Below, piece by piece: positions 49,888 through 63,300 of a DNA stretch of 64,000 bases. The stretch comes from Azolla caroliniana. Its lineage: Eukaryota > Plantae > Polypodiophyta. A model generated the notes under the pieces. It saw only the letters and a list, made by a program, of their open reading frames with translations. It did not search any database and was not told where the DNA came from. The stretch covers positions 12,648,001-12,712,000 of the forward strand of contig JBHGNT010000008.1 in the NCBI GenBank assembly GCA_043228905.1, written 5' to 3'. Positions within the stretch are counted from its first letter, which is position 1; the number at the start of each line of letters is the position of its first letter. Position numbers and translations under genes: made by a program.

Positions 49888-50585
49888 TGGCGGGGTTGCT
49901 ACGCCCTTGCGTGCAGAAAGGAAGAGGGACCACGGGGGTCTTGGACCGAAGAGCAAGAGAGAGAGGAGTAAGAGAGAGAGACCCGATTACACAGAACCGA
50001 AGATTGCACAAGGACACGGCCCAACAAACAGAGATCACAAATAAACGCCGACGCAGATGGACGCAACAACGAAAGATATGTACTTATGAATGCAAGAAAA
50101 TAACAGACTAAAGTATTACAACCCACGGTGGGGCACGGAATAGATACTAACGAAAACGAACAGTGCGGCGAACAGATGCCGACCCCTGTGTGACGCGACG
50201 CACAGAAAGGGGAAACAGGTCGGAGGTGCTGCAGGACGCACTCGGGGCGTTCCACGGAACAGCGCTAGCCTCCTCGAAACCTGCACAGGTACGCGATGGA
50301 GCAGAAGACAGAGAAAGCAGGAGTGAGAGAGGAGCTCCGAAATCGGTTCGGCAGCACTTCGTCCTCCCCGCGCGAGATACCCCACTTCTATTCTTCCTCT
50401 TCCTTTTATATCCCGTCAAGAGGCCGTTTGGCATTAACTGCACACCAACCGAATCTACCCACCTAGGATCCTCGTATGTACCTACTTCGTCCTTAGGTAC
50501 TTCTTGGCGCGCGTGTGTGTGTGTAGAGCCGTTTCCCCACGCCTTGTTCCTCCGATTCCTCTTGTGGGCGGTTTTCTTCACGACA
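49888..50585 (-). repeat. 5' LTR of element D
   Basis: 698 bp; the only difference I noticed from the 3' LTR is at the third base (G vs T). Confidence 0.96.
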
Positions 50586-52869
50586 ACGCTGGATGTGATC
50601 CATTCAGATGTATGGGGACCGGTACAGAACGTGAGCATTGGAGGAAGTCGTTTCTTCGTAACCTTCATCGATGACTTCACTCGGCACACTTGGGCGTAGT
50701 TGATCGCGAAAAAGAGCGAAGTCTTCACGTGTTTCTTGAAGGTGAAGAGCCTTGCAGAAAGGGAAACTAGGTGGAAGCTCAAGTGCCTGAGGTCCGATGG
50801 CGGGAAGGAGTACTTCTCCGACCAATTGTCAAGTTCTATAGGAGGGAATTCAATGGGAATTCTCGTGTAGATACACGCCGTAGCAGAACGGCGTGGCCGA
50901 GAGGAAGAATTGGACGATAGAGGAGGCAGTAAGGGCAATGCTTGAAGAGAATCATCTCCCGAAGTTCTATTGGGCTGACGCGATCAGAACAACCGTTTAC
51001 CTCCAAAATTGGGCATCTGCCAATGGAGGAGTTTCGCCATATGAGTTGTACTTCAAGAAGAACCAGAACTTGGCACACTTGAGGGTTTTTGGTAGCATCG
51101 TGTATGTGCATGTGCTGAGGGAGAAACGGAGGAAGCTGGACGCCAAAGTCGAGAAGTGTATCTTGGTTGGCGACTCGGACGAACAGAAGGGTTTTAAGTG
51201 TTATAACCCCCGAACCAAACAAGCTCACATAAGTCGTGATGTTGTGTTTCACGAGTCCGGGTCATGGTACTTGCCTTCACCTCCAACCCCTGACGACTTC
51301 ATTCCGATCTTTGATGAAGAGATCAACGAGGCTAAAATGCCTCGGGATGAAGGAGACATCGGAGCTCCTGAAGAGAGTCTGATCTCATTCAGGCTAAGTG
51401 GGCCGAATGAGCGAGTGAGTCGGCATGACCAGTCAGACGTAGAGCCGGAGAGTAGTGGAGACTCGGCCGTGCAATTCCCGTGGCGGAAGGCGAGGAGACA
51501 GTTTACGCGCGAAGAGAAGGGAAAGAAGAAGATGCCGGAGTACGTCACTAATAAAGATGAGTTGGATCGAAGCGAATCCGACTCAGAGAAGAACGAAGAT
51601 GGACCTTTGGAAACAAAGTCTATGTTGGCCAAGAGGGCCTCAAAATCGGCTAATGAGCAATTACGCCGATCTACCCGCTAGAAGAACCCTGTGGTGCGGT
51701 TCAAATACAACGAGTACATGGCGCATCATTATACGTACATGACGCGAGTGGCGGAAGTGTGTGAGCCTAGGAGCTACGTTGAAGCGGCAAAGGCCGCAAC
51801 TTGGCGTGCCGCAATGGAGGAAGAAATGCACGCATTAGTGGAAAATGAAACCTGGCACTTGGTTTACGCTTTGAAGGGTGTAAAGCCGATTGGATGGAGG
51901 TGGCTGTACAAGGTCAAGTACAACACCAACGGCTCTGTCAACCGCTACAAGACCCAGTTAGTGGCGAAAGGTTATGCACAACAACACATCGAATACGATG
52001 AGACCTTTGTGCCTGTCATGAAGATGACAACCGTCTATGTCTTCCTTGTAGTAGCTGCGGTAAAGGGGGTGCATTTACATCAGATCAATGTTCCTACAAG
52101 GAGAACTTTTGGAATAGGTGTACATGGTACAACCCCTCGGATTTTAGTCCAGAAAGAACACCTCGGTGGTATGTCGACTGAAGAAGTCTCTCTACGGACT
52201 AAAACAAGCCCCGCGCACATGGAATGCGAAGATCACGTAGCACCTGCGTCGGATGGGGTTTGCGATGTCCAAATCGAACTCTTCATTGTTCATCAGGCAA
52301 GGTGGACGTGGACCGGTTAATGTTTTACTCTATGTTGATGATTTAGTCATTGCCGGTGCTGACCTAGAAGTCCCAGCTCGCGACATCATTCGACATGAAG
52401 AGCCTAGGGTACCTTCTTTACTCCCTAGGGATCGAAGTTATCCGCAACCAATGACATTATGTGATGAGTATGCTCTTCAACTTTAGGATGATCGATTGTA
52501 AGTCCATATCAACTCCTCTGGACAAAAACGTCAAGCTTCGCCCAGATTTGGGAGAGGTGTGCGACCTGACACGGTTTCGACAAAATTTCGAAAGCCTAAT
52601 TTATTTGACGATCACTCAGCCAGATCTCAGTTACCTGCTCGGCCTGATCAGTCAATTTATGTCGCAGCCCACAACCGAACACCTTCAGTGTGCATAAAGG
52701 ATATTGCGTTATGTCTGGGGCACTAAGGATAGGGCACTGCTATATCGGACCGGTATTGCCGCACAGCTAGTCGGCTACTTGAATTCCGATTGGTCCGAAA
52801 ACGTTGCCGATCGTAGATCCACATCCGGGTTCGCTTTCTTGCTTGGGAGCGCCGCAATCGCCTGGAGCA

Positions 52870-53326
52870 TGTTAGAGTTATATTCTAATGTAAGCACATG
52901 ATAAGGAGAAAAGATATATCAAAAATAAGAAAGCAGAGAGAGAACAAAGGGTGCCGATCCACCCAATCACCCTTGAGCGAAGGGATCGAGACGGACTTGA
53001 GCCTCGATCGGCATCTCATACCACCGCCATGGCATCGAGTCGTACCTAGTGTTGGCGCGCTCGCTACAAGAGTTGACTCACCACAACGTCAGAGTCTCGA
53101 CGTAGTCAAAAGATGATGAAGTGAGGGTAGCTAGGCCTCATATTTATAGTGATACCCAAGGCCCCCAGGCAAGTTCACACTTGGCCTAACGGGTTGTCTC
53201 AATCCCGATGATTAAAAGTAATCCTCCCCTTGTTTACACTCTCATTTAACCCTCACACTTATCCACGTGTATCTAATACTCTGGTAAATTCTCACCACGG
53301 GATATTATATGGTCATGCCCAAAAGA
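52870..53326 (-). mobile_element. Probable solo LTR inserted in RNase H of A
   Basis: Interrupts AIAWS|SKKQP. TSD GAGCA (52865-52869) / GAGTA (53327-53331). Begins TGTTAG; minus-strand CTATAAATA at ~53141-53149. Confidence 0.7.
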
Positions 53327-55396
53327 GAGTAGCAAGAAGCAGCCAATTGAGGAGTGGCTATCACGACATGCAGAGCCATTTGGCTCAAGAGGCTACTCAA
53401 GGATTTGCAAGTGGAGATGTCCGCTCTAACGACGATCTACTACGACAACCTCAACAACATCCAACTTGCAAAAAACCCTCGTCTTCCACACCCAAACCAA
53501 GCACATTGAGGTGCACTACCATTTTGTCCGCGAGCGTGTCCTCTCTGGTGAAGTCAAACTAGTGTATGTTCTGACGGATTGGCAGACTACTAACAGCTTC
53601 ACCAAGCCCCTTGGTCTTGACAACTTACAACAATTCTCGGATGCGCTTTGTTTACGGTACCATGATGTGCCGAACTTGAGGGGGAGAAATGACCAGGAAA
53701 GGGAGCAGGAAAGGAGCAGAAGTGACCGCGAAGCTGAGTCGGATGAAGAATCTGATTTCGGGTCGGCTGAAGAAGCTGAAGGCGTAAACAAGGGTAGCAA
53801 CTGAAGGGAAGAGTCGGAGTCAACCAAACAAGGGGGAGTTGAAGCCAATAAGGGTGAGAAGGCCAAGAACAAGACTTGGTCTGATGTGGTTAAGGGCCTG
53901 AAGACAGAAGACAAATTGGAGGCAGCCAATTCGGGTAAGAGCGGAAACGAGTCAAAAACCGCTGATTCGGTTCAAATGTTCGATTTAGAGATGTCGAATC
54001 AACTAAAGGCCAAACAGCGGAAAGGGCAGCGGAAGAGGCTCTAACACCACGATAGCAAAGGAGCTTAGAAAGGCAACACAAGCAAACAAGCCGACCGAAA
54101 GGGTCGAGGCGCGCGGAATCGAACGAGTCGAGGATCGCGAGCGAGGTGTGAAGCCGGGAGAAGCCGGAGCGAAGATCCGGAAGAGCAAACCAAACCTGAA
54201 GTTGAGCTTGAGGGGGAGTGTTGAGATACAAGCTCAATATTGGGTGCCTAAACCGGTGTGTAAATTGGGTGCTTAACGAGATGTCGTAGCAATGCGTAAA
54301 CTGGGAGGCCATTGGATAGATATTCCCATGTAGGATGTGTTATTCTCTATATGTCTCTCCTACGCACGTTGTGTTGATTAAGATTTCCATTAAACCTTCC
54401 TCATCTTCTTTTTCTTTGTCTGTTGTTACCCGGTTGTGTCTGTTTAGCTTCCGCATGTATTCTTTTAAAATAATGAAGAAGTTTCCAAAGACTACTTTAC
54501 TTCGGCGCACATATACCGTGTGAACGTAATTCGGGAGTTCCGAGAAGATGAATACGAGGGAGAAAGCTTGCTGATCGGGAAAGTACTACAAGACATTGAG
54601 GAATCATCAGACAATAAGGAAAAGAGAGCCAAGATCCAAAGGAAGAAACAAGAAGTTCGAAAGTTCTTCTTGAACAATGGATTAATCTGGAGGGAGCTGA
54701 AAAGACCTGATGGTATACTACTCTGGGTAGTTGGCACAAAGGAACAACAAAAACAAGTAATATCTGAATTTCACGAATCCAATTGGGTTGGACATCGGGG
54801 AACATGGGCGATATTTGCAAAGATCAAGTAAAAATATTGGTGGAAGAATATGTGTAAGGATGTAGCAAAATTCATTGAAAGTTGTGAGAAATGTCAAATC
54901 TACTTTGGAGTTCAACACCAAGACGAATTACATATGACATTCTCATCGAAAATCAATTTTAAATGGATGGTCGACATTGTGGCCATGCCAACAGGGATCA
55001 GACAAAAGTACTTGGTGCTAGCTTGGGAGGATCTATCGAACCAAGTAGAAGGTCAGGCACTACGGAGGAAAACATGTTCTAGGGATACCAATTGCTTTTG
55101 GAAGAAGTGTTCTGCAGGTATGGGTGCGTAGGACAAGTAGTTGCGGATATGGGAGAACTTGACTCTAATAAAGCTAGGGCATGCTTCGCCAAACATGGAG
55201 TAAGGTTGACACTAACCATGGCATAAAATCCAGAAGTAAACAGGAAGATAAATCGAGGACATAGTTCAATCGTTAAAGCACTTGCAAAAGCATGTGATGG
55301 AAGGGTGAAGAATTGGTCGCAGATGTTTCCATCTACACTATGGGCGGATCGCACAATGCATAGTTCTGTAACCAGATATATGCCAATGGAACCTAT

Positions 55397-56175
55397 TGTT
55401 GACAGGAACTCAAGGCTCCTTATGTGCAACGCTCGGCCACAACCGAGCTTAGAATGATACACAGAAAACGGGAAATAAAACGCGACACAAAGAAGAGACG
55501 AGGTACACATGAGGTTTACGTGGAAAACCCCAAACTAGGGGAAAAACCACGGCAGCCCACAGGCTGCAAACTATCACTATGATGGAATGTACAGCAATGA
55601 GTTCACTGAGGCACCGACCTCGTGCTCACAGATCTTCGCCACAGGCGGCGGTTACAACAGAGGCAACAACCTCTTTCTCTCTCTCTCTCTCTGTACAGTT
55701 ACGCACAGTCTCTATTCTTGCACCAACAAGAATGACAACAACAACAAAAAAGTTTGCCCTAAGTCATATTTATACTGATATGACTTTTCGGCTATTTACA
55801 AATATAGCCTCAATGGACTCTCAGAAACATATTTACGAATATGTCTCTTCATCTGGTTCTTCGTAGCCGGGTACTCCTCATCCGGTCTTCACCGGGTCTG
55901 TATCATCCGGCTCTCCGTAGCCGAGTACTCCTCATCCGGTCTTCACCGGGTCTGTATCATCCGGCTCTCCGTAGCCGGGTACTCCTCATCCGGTCTTCAC
56001 CGGGTCTATACCATCCGGCTCTCCGTAGCCGGGTACTCCTTATCCGGTTCATACCGGGTCTGCACCATCCGGTTTTCCGTAGCCGGGTCCTCCTCTTACG
56101 GTTTCGGCCTCGGCCGAGTTTGTTCATCAGCACTGTTCTTCTCCCTTCCCATCCGGAGGGACCTGTCTCCCAACA
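55397..56175 (-). mobile_element. Solo LTR related to the LTRs of element B
   Basis: TGTTG...CAACA with TSD CCTAT (55392-55396, 56176-56180); homologous to 32675-33348. Confidence 0.93.
55860..56095. repeat. 54-bp tandem repeat (~4.5 copies) in LTR U3
   Basis: Unit CGTAGCCGGGTACTCCTCATCCGGTCTTCACCGGGTCTGTATCATCCGGCTCTC; variant arrays at ~33125-33330 and ~43110-43340. Confidence 0.9.
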
Positions 56176-57359
56176 CCTATGACCAGACAGGCTCCAGTAA
56201 TGCTTACGGAAACCGCAATTGCGACATGGACAATGCTATTGTGGAAGGAAGAGATGAGTCAGGAAGAACTACTAGCGGTCCGAATATGACAACAAGAAGG
56301 AAGACCAGAAGACATAGCGGAAGCAGTGCACCAACAACAAGACATGTGATTTTGGAACAAACGTGGATTCGATAAAAAGCACTGACTTCGACCGTGGAAG
56401 ATTGAAGAAGGGGATTGGATGATAGTCTACGACAGTAGTCTGGAGATTCATCAATACAACTAAATATGGAAATTTGCTAAAAGGTGGTTTGGACCATACA
56501 AAGTTCGAAAAGCATTCGACAACAGAACTTACCAGCTAAGTGAGCTAGATGGAACAATTCTTCGAGTGCCTATAACAGGGAAGCGGGTGAAGATTTTCAA
56601 GAAGCGAATTGATGACGAACCCTACATAGTCTTAGACAAACCCTACACAAAGGAGCAATCAGATAACACTCACGAAGGTGCAGAAAGCAAGGAAAGTGAG
56701 CTAGATTTAATAATCGACATAGGGGAAGAGACAGAGGGTGCTACGGATGAAGACGAGTAACAAGTACTAGAAACTTCAGCATATACCGGAGGATGTGCAG
56801 GTTTAGAGGGGCTGAGTGTCGTAGTGTTCTTTGTACACTACGTAAAATATGTGTAGAGTACTTGATTGACTAAGTATAAAGAAATAGGAGAAAAAACTAA
56901 AATAATTATGTTACATACATAGGGCAAGATTTAAACCGTGTACCTCCATGTTTACGATTTCAAGCCTTACCATTGTACTAGCACATTATGAGTATTAAAG
57001 TTCTACAAAACTTTATCCCACATAAATATTGTAGATAAACATGATAGAAAAAGTTATCCCTGCATACACACTCGAGTTAAATAGAAAAAGGTAATCATGC
57101 ACATGTAGTGTGCATGAACACTTGACTTGGAGAAAAAGCATGATGCTTGCATGTGGTAAACTTAGAATCTCCCATCACTATCTAAGGATGGGGAAGCCAA
57201 ATGTAAAGATTGATGATTTTTTTATTTCTAAATATTAATCTAATACAATACACTCGTGGGATTCACAAGGTTTTATATCACTTTCTTACAAACTATTCAC
57301 CTTCCTGTCTGTCTTAAAATTCTCCTCATAGTCCAAAACCCCAGCTATTCCCACCCGAC

Positions 57360-60300
57360 TCACGCAATGATCCAGCGCCAAAAGGCACGACAACGTATGG
57401 TTCGTTGACTCCGGTGCCTTGAACCATATGGCGTCTCATCAAGAATGGTTCGGAGAACTTCGAGGGCCAGACTAACCCGGTTATGTCGAAACCAGAGATG
57501 ACACTACTCATCTGATTCGGCACATTGGCAATGTTCCATTCGGAAAAGAAGGCAACCAAACTTACATTAAGAATGTCTTGCATATACCAACCTGTAAAAA
57601 GTAGCGTGTGGAACCAGGTATGAAGACCGAACAGAAGGAAGGAAACTCAGGTTCAATGGAGAGCTTGGGCTTACACGGCATACGCAGGAGAGACAGAGAG
57701 AGGAAAACAAAAAACTATATTCAAAAATAATACTCAGTCTGTACATAAGACGTGCTCAGTGAACACTTTTATACAAGCCCTAGAAGGACTGACCGAAGTA
57801 CTAACAGTACTTCAATGCTCATCAAGAGCTCCTACATTAACTCCCAAATATATTCCTCACGGAATATCTTTCCTAACGACCTCCCGGTTTACGCACTCGG
57901 CCTAACCGATCGGTCCCAACCGATCCGGTCCTCGGCTTCTTCAGCCGATCCAGCCGATGTTGAGCTTGTCTCTCAACACTCCCCCTCAAGCTCAACTCGA
58001 GGCTCTTCGGGATCCTCGGGCTCACAGCTCCGGTTCCTCCTGGCTCCACGCCTTGCTCGCGCTCCTCGACCTGTTCGACTCTGCGCGCTTCGACCCTTAC
58101 GGTCGGCTTGTCTGCTAATGTAACCCTTATCAGCTCTTCTGTTGTTGCGGTGTCGACACTTCTTCTGCTGCCTTTTCTTCCGCTTGGGCCTCTGTTGATT
58201 TAGCGTGTCTGAATCAAACATCCGAACCGACTCGGCTACTTCCAATCGGTTTTCGCTCTCGTCCGAGTTGGCTGTCTCCAACTTGTCTTCGGTCTTCTCG
58301 CCCTCGGTGGCGTCATCTTCCCAATGCGTGGTTGGCTTCAGCTCTCTCCTTCGGTTGCTCCCCTTCTGTCCTCTTCCGAACTTTTCCGCGGGTCCGCCCT
58401 CGGCTTCTCCAGCCGATCCGAAGTCGAACTCGACAATCGAGTCAACCGACTCAGACTCGATGTCGCGGTCTCCGCTCCGGTCCTACTGCCTTGCTTGGTC
58501 GTTCGAGACTGTTCTCCCACTCAAGTTCGGCACATTGAGATGATGCAACCTGAGCGCACCTGAGAATTGCTGCAACTTGTCCAGACCAAAAGGCTTGGTG
58601 AAGATGTCGGCAGTCTGCCGATCCGTTGGAACGTACTGAAGTTCGACTTCACCGAAAAGGACACGCTCACGGACGACATGGTAGTGCACCTCAATGTGCT
58701 TGGTCCGTGCATGGAAAACGGGGTTTTTCGCGAGCTGGATGCTGCTGAGGTTGTCACAGTAGATCGTCGTCGGATCAGACACCTCCACCTGCAGATCCTT
58801 AAGTAGCCGCTTCAACCATATGGCTTCGCATGTTGCGATAGCCGCTCCTCGGTACTCAGCTTTGGTGCTCGACAGTGCAACTGTCGGCTGCTTCTTACTG
58901 CTCCACGCGATCGCGGATGTGGATCGGCGATCGACGGCGTTGCCAGCCCAATTAGCATCGGTGTAGCCAACTAACTGCGCGGCTGCACCGGTCCTTAGTG
59001 CCCCTTACGTATCGCAGTAAGCGTTGCACACACTGAAGGTGCTCCTCGGTAGGTCGAGCCATGAACTGACAGATCACTCCGACCGGATAACTGAGGTCGG
59101 GTCGGCTGATGGTCAAGTATATGAGGCTACCGACAATTTATCGGAACCTCGTCGGGTCGCATACCTTTCCCGTATCGGGACGAAGCTTGACGATTCTGTC
59201 CAGAGGAGTCGAGATGGACTTACAATCGGCCATCCCGAGTTTGAAGAGCATACTCAGCACGTAATGACGTTGGCTGATCAATATGCCTTCGGGGGTACGG
59301 ATCACTTCGATCCCGAGGAAGTAATGAAGGTCCCCCAGATCCTTCATGTCGAACGATGCCGCAAGCTGGAGCTTCACGCGGTCGATTTCACCTAGGTCGG
59401 CGCCGGTGATGACCAAGTCATCAACATATAGTAAAATACTAACCGGTCCGAGTCGACCTTTGCGGATGAATAGGGAAGAGTCTGATTTTGACGTGACGAA
59501 GCCCATCCGACGCAGTTGTTGCGTGATCTTTGTGTTCCAGGCACACGGGGCTTGCTTCAGTCCGTAAAGGGACTTCTTCAATTGGCATACTACCGAGGAG
59601 TTCGTTCTGGAGTGAAATCCGGGGGGCTGTAACATGTACACTTGTTCCTCAAGGTTACCTTGTAGGAACGCATTCTTTACATCCATTTGATGTAAGTGCC
59701 ACGCCTTGGCCGCGGCTACTGCGAGCAAAACACGGACGGTCGTCATTTTCGCGACCGGCGCAAACGTCTCATCGTAGTCGATACTGTGGTTCTGCGCGTA
59801 GCCCTTTCCCACTAGCCGAGCCTTGTACCGGTTGACCGAGCCATCGGTGTTATACTTGACCTTGTACACCCACCTACACCCGATCGGTTTTACCCCTTTT
59901 GGTGCGTCAACCAAGTCCCAGGTCTCGTTCTTCGCCAATGCGTGCATCTCTTCCTCCATCGTGGCGCGCCAATTCGCGTCCTTCGCTGCTTCTGCGTAGC
60001 TCTCCGGCTCACGCACTTCTGCTACACGGGTCATGTATGCATAATGATGCGCCATGTACTCGTTATATCCGAACCACACAACTGGGTTCTTTTGGCGGGT
60101 AGATCGGCGTAATCTCTCATTAGCCGATGTGGAGGCATTCTCGGTCGACGCGGTCTTCATCTTTAAAGACCTGTCACCGGTTCCCTTGGAGTCGAACTCG
60201 CGTCGGTTTGACTCGTTCCTTTCCGTGCCGGAATCCAACACCTTCTTCTTCCCTTTCTCTTTGCGCGTAATCCGTCTCCTCGGCTTCCTGTGCGGGGAAT

Positions 60301-63300
60301 GCAGGGCCAAGTGTCCACTACTTGCCAGCTCTTCATCAGATTGATCGTACCGACTCAGTCGTCCAATCGGTCCACTTAACCAGAGTGAAATTGGACTCCC
60401 TTCGCGGGTCTCGATTTCGGGCTCATCCGGAGGCATCTCGGCCTCGCTGACCTCATCGTCAGAGCTCGGATTGGAGTTGGGGTTCGGAGTCGGGAGCTGG
60501 TACCAGGACGCGGACTCGTCAAACACAACGTCGCGACTGACACGCGCTTGTTTGATGCGAGGGTTATAGCACTTATAACCCTTCTGCTCGTCCGAGTAAC
60601 TGACCAAGATGCACTTCTCTGCCTTTGCGTCCAGCTTCCTCCTTTTCTCCTTCGGTACATGCACATACGCAATGCTACCGAACACCCTCAAGTGTCGCAA
60701 GTTCGGCTTCATTCCGAAATATAGCTCGTGCGCCGACACTTTGTCTCCGATCCGGTTCTGGATGTATACCGCGGTCCTTACCGCCTCGGCCGAGTAGAAC
60801 TTGGGCAAGCTCTTCTCCTCCAGCATTGCCCGTGCCGCTTCCACAACTGACCGATTCTTTCTCTCGGCCACGCCGTTCTGCTCCGGCGTGCATCTACAAC
60901 TGAATTCGCGCCGAATTCCCATTTCTTGTAGATAACCGTTGAATTAACTGGAAAAGTACTCTTTTCCACCATCCGACCGCAGACACTTGATCTTCCGTCT
61001 TGTTTCTGTTTCCACGAACCCTTTGAGGTCACGGAAACAATCGAAGACTTCGCTCTTCCTCTCAATGAGGTAGATCCACGTGTGCCGCGTGTGGTGGTCG
61101 ATGAAGGAGACGAAATATCGGCTCCCGCCAAGTCTAACGTTTTGTGCCGGCCCCCATACATTGGAATGTATAAGGTCGAGCTTATTCCGGCTCCGGTTTC
61201 GCTCATTTGGGAAAGGAAGTCGGTGTTGCTTCCCGAGCTGGCAAGCTTCGCAAATTTGTGCCTTTCGGCCACTAAATTTGGGCAATCCAAATACTACCTG
61301 TTTCGATTGTAGATGTTGAAGCCGTTGGTGGTTGACGTGGCCTACCCGCTTGTGCCACAAGTCGATGTCCGACTCGGTCTTTTGTCCCTTCGCGAACATT
61401 GCGGTTCCACCGTCACTGGAGTCGAGGATGAACATCCTCCCATCTCTTTGCCCTTGCGCAATCACACGGCCTTCTTCCTCAATGAAACACCCGAGGTGTG
61501 TAAACCAAACCTCCATCCCTTGGTCAACAATCTGTCCGACCGAGACCAGGTTTTTCGTGATTGTCGGAACATGCAGCACGTTCATGAGTTTCCCTTTCTG
61601 CCCGACATGGCTAAGGGGAACTTCTCCGACATTCGCGATCGGATGCGGAGTGTCCTCTCCTGTTGTGACTACTCCAGGTTGTATCGGTTTTTCAAGGTAC
61701 GAGAACCACTCCTTATGGCTCGTCATGTGGTTTGACGCGCCGGAGTCTACGTACCACACCTCGTCCGATCTCGGGGTGGTCTGTTTCATTGAGTTTGCTT
61801 CGTGTCTCGTCATGAAGGCAGTCCCTTCTCCGACTCTCCTGGAGTCTTCGACGTAGTGCAATCGCTGCCGATTTCCCTTGTCGGTATGTCTGGAGCCGCT
61901 CCCGGAACCAGTTTTCTCCGAATCGGCGCGCTTCTTCCAGCACTCACTTTCCCTGTGGCCTTTCTTGCCACAGTACCAGCACTCCGCGATGGACTTCCCT
62001 TGCCGGTTCTCATCGCTTTGACTCCCCATGTTTCCGAAGGGTCCGGAGTTGCTGTCGGCATCACTTCGGTGCCTTCTTCCTTGATCTCGTCGGCCGCCTC
62101 CATTGCGCGCCGACTCGCCTCGTCCTCACGTCCAGGGGGCCTATCTCCCTCCGTGTACAGCATTCTGTTGTCGGTGTGCGTGCTTGTAGACGCACCCGCG
62201 TGGTTCTCCTCTACCAGGAGCATTGAGTGTAAGTCGAAAAAGGACGGCGTATTCTCCCGGGTACACACAGCCGTTCGGAACGCTCCGAACTTCAACGCCA
62301 AACCTCTGAGAAAGATCTGGACCATCTCACTCTCCTCGATGTTCACCTCTATGGTGGCGAGGGAGTCGCAGATATCCTTGATCTTCGAGGTATAGTCCGC
62401 CACCGACAAGTCGCGTTGTCGTAGGTTTCTCAACTCTTGTCGGAGCTGAAGCTTCCTGGCTGTGGTGCTCGCGGCGAAAATCTTCTTCAGATTTTCCCAC
62501 GCACCCTTCGGTGTCTTTGCATCCCGAACATAGCTCAATAGTTGTTCGCCCACACACGACGCGAAGCAGTACAATACCCTGCTCGCCGATTGCTCCCACG
62601 ACGGGAAGTCTCTGTGTGTCGATTCGGGTGCCGCGTCATTAGCTCCTTTGACATAACTCCAGTAGCCATGCCCGAGCAGGTACTGGTGCATCTTGTAGGA
62701 CCAAGACGTATAGTTGGTTCTGTGGAGCTTCTCTGTTGGAAGCGAGCTCGCCATGCCTCTATCCATCGTTCTTCTCGTTCTTCTTCGTCAAGCTGTGTCG
62801 GCTGCAGAGAGGTTCTTAACCCTCGCGCTCTGATACCATGTAAAAAGTAGCGTGCGGAAGCAGGTATGAAGACCGAACAGAAGGAAGGAAACTCAGGTTC
62901 AATGGAGAGCTTGGGCTTGCACGGCATACGCAGGAGAGACAGAGAGAGGAAAACAAAAAACTATATTCAATAATAATACTCAGTTTGTACATAAGACGTG
63001 CTCAGTGAACACTTTTATACAAGCCCTAGAAGGACTGACCGAAGAACTGACAGTACTTCAATGCTCATCAAGAGCTCCTACACTAACTCCCAAATATATT
63101 CCTCACGGAATATCTTTCCTAACGACTTCCCGGTTTACGCACTCGGCCTAACCGATCGGTCCCAACCGATCCGGTCCTCGGCTTCTTCAGCCGATCCGGC
63201 CGATGTTGAGCTTGTCTCTCAACACAACCATTACAAAGAATTTGGTCTCCATCAGCCAAATTGTTGAGCAAGGAATGTAGGTTTGATTTAATCAAGGTTG

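Larger units (their letters stand above)
43460..50585 (-). mobile_element. Intact Ty3/gypsy element D (non-chromovirus, fungal-like), nested in A
   Basis: 698-bp near-identical LTRs, 4-bp TSD ACGC (43456-43459, 50586-50589), tRNA-Trp PBS, PPT at 44158-44174, two intact ORFs. Host restores NRSRNT-LDVIHSDVWGP. Confidence 0.97.
30678..54469 (+). mobile_element. Degenerate Ty1/copia element A, interrupted by three insertions
   Basis: TSD ATAAT (30673-30677, 54470-54474). 5' LTR 30678-31090, PBS TGGTATCAGAGC 31091-31102, gag ATG 31189, 3' LTR 54219-54469 (internally deleted), PPT TTGAGGGGGAG. Confidence 0.92.
28920..57330 (+). mobile_element. Old Ty3/gypsy pol remnant (same lineage as 43460-50585); outermost host of the nest
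   Basis: RT/RH at 29043-30677 continues at 54475 (DIVESDN|EEV); integrase at 54475-55396 and 56181-56760; PPT TAGAGGGGCTGAG then LTR TGTCGTAG at 56817. Ends approximate. Confidence 0.88.

Noticed and set aside
44311-50111. Many long overlapping and antisense ORFs in element D
   Set aside because: Shadow ORFs expected in GC-rich coding DNA; no recognisable motifs.
55841-56182. Repetitive ORF (LRSRVLLIRSSPGLYHPA)n and CRISPR-like appearance
   Set aside because: It is the translation of a 54-bp LTR tandem repeat; no unique spacers or cas genes.
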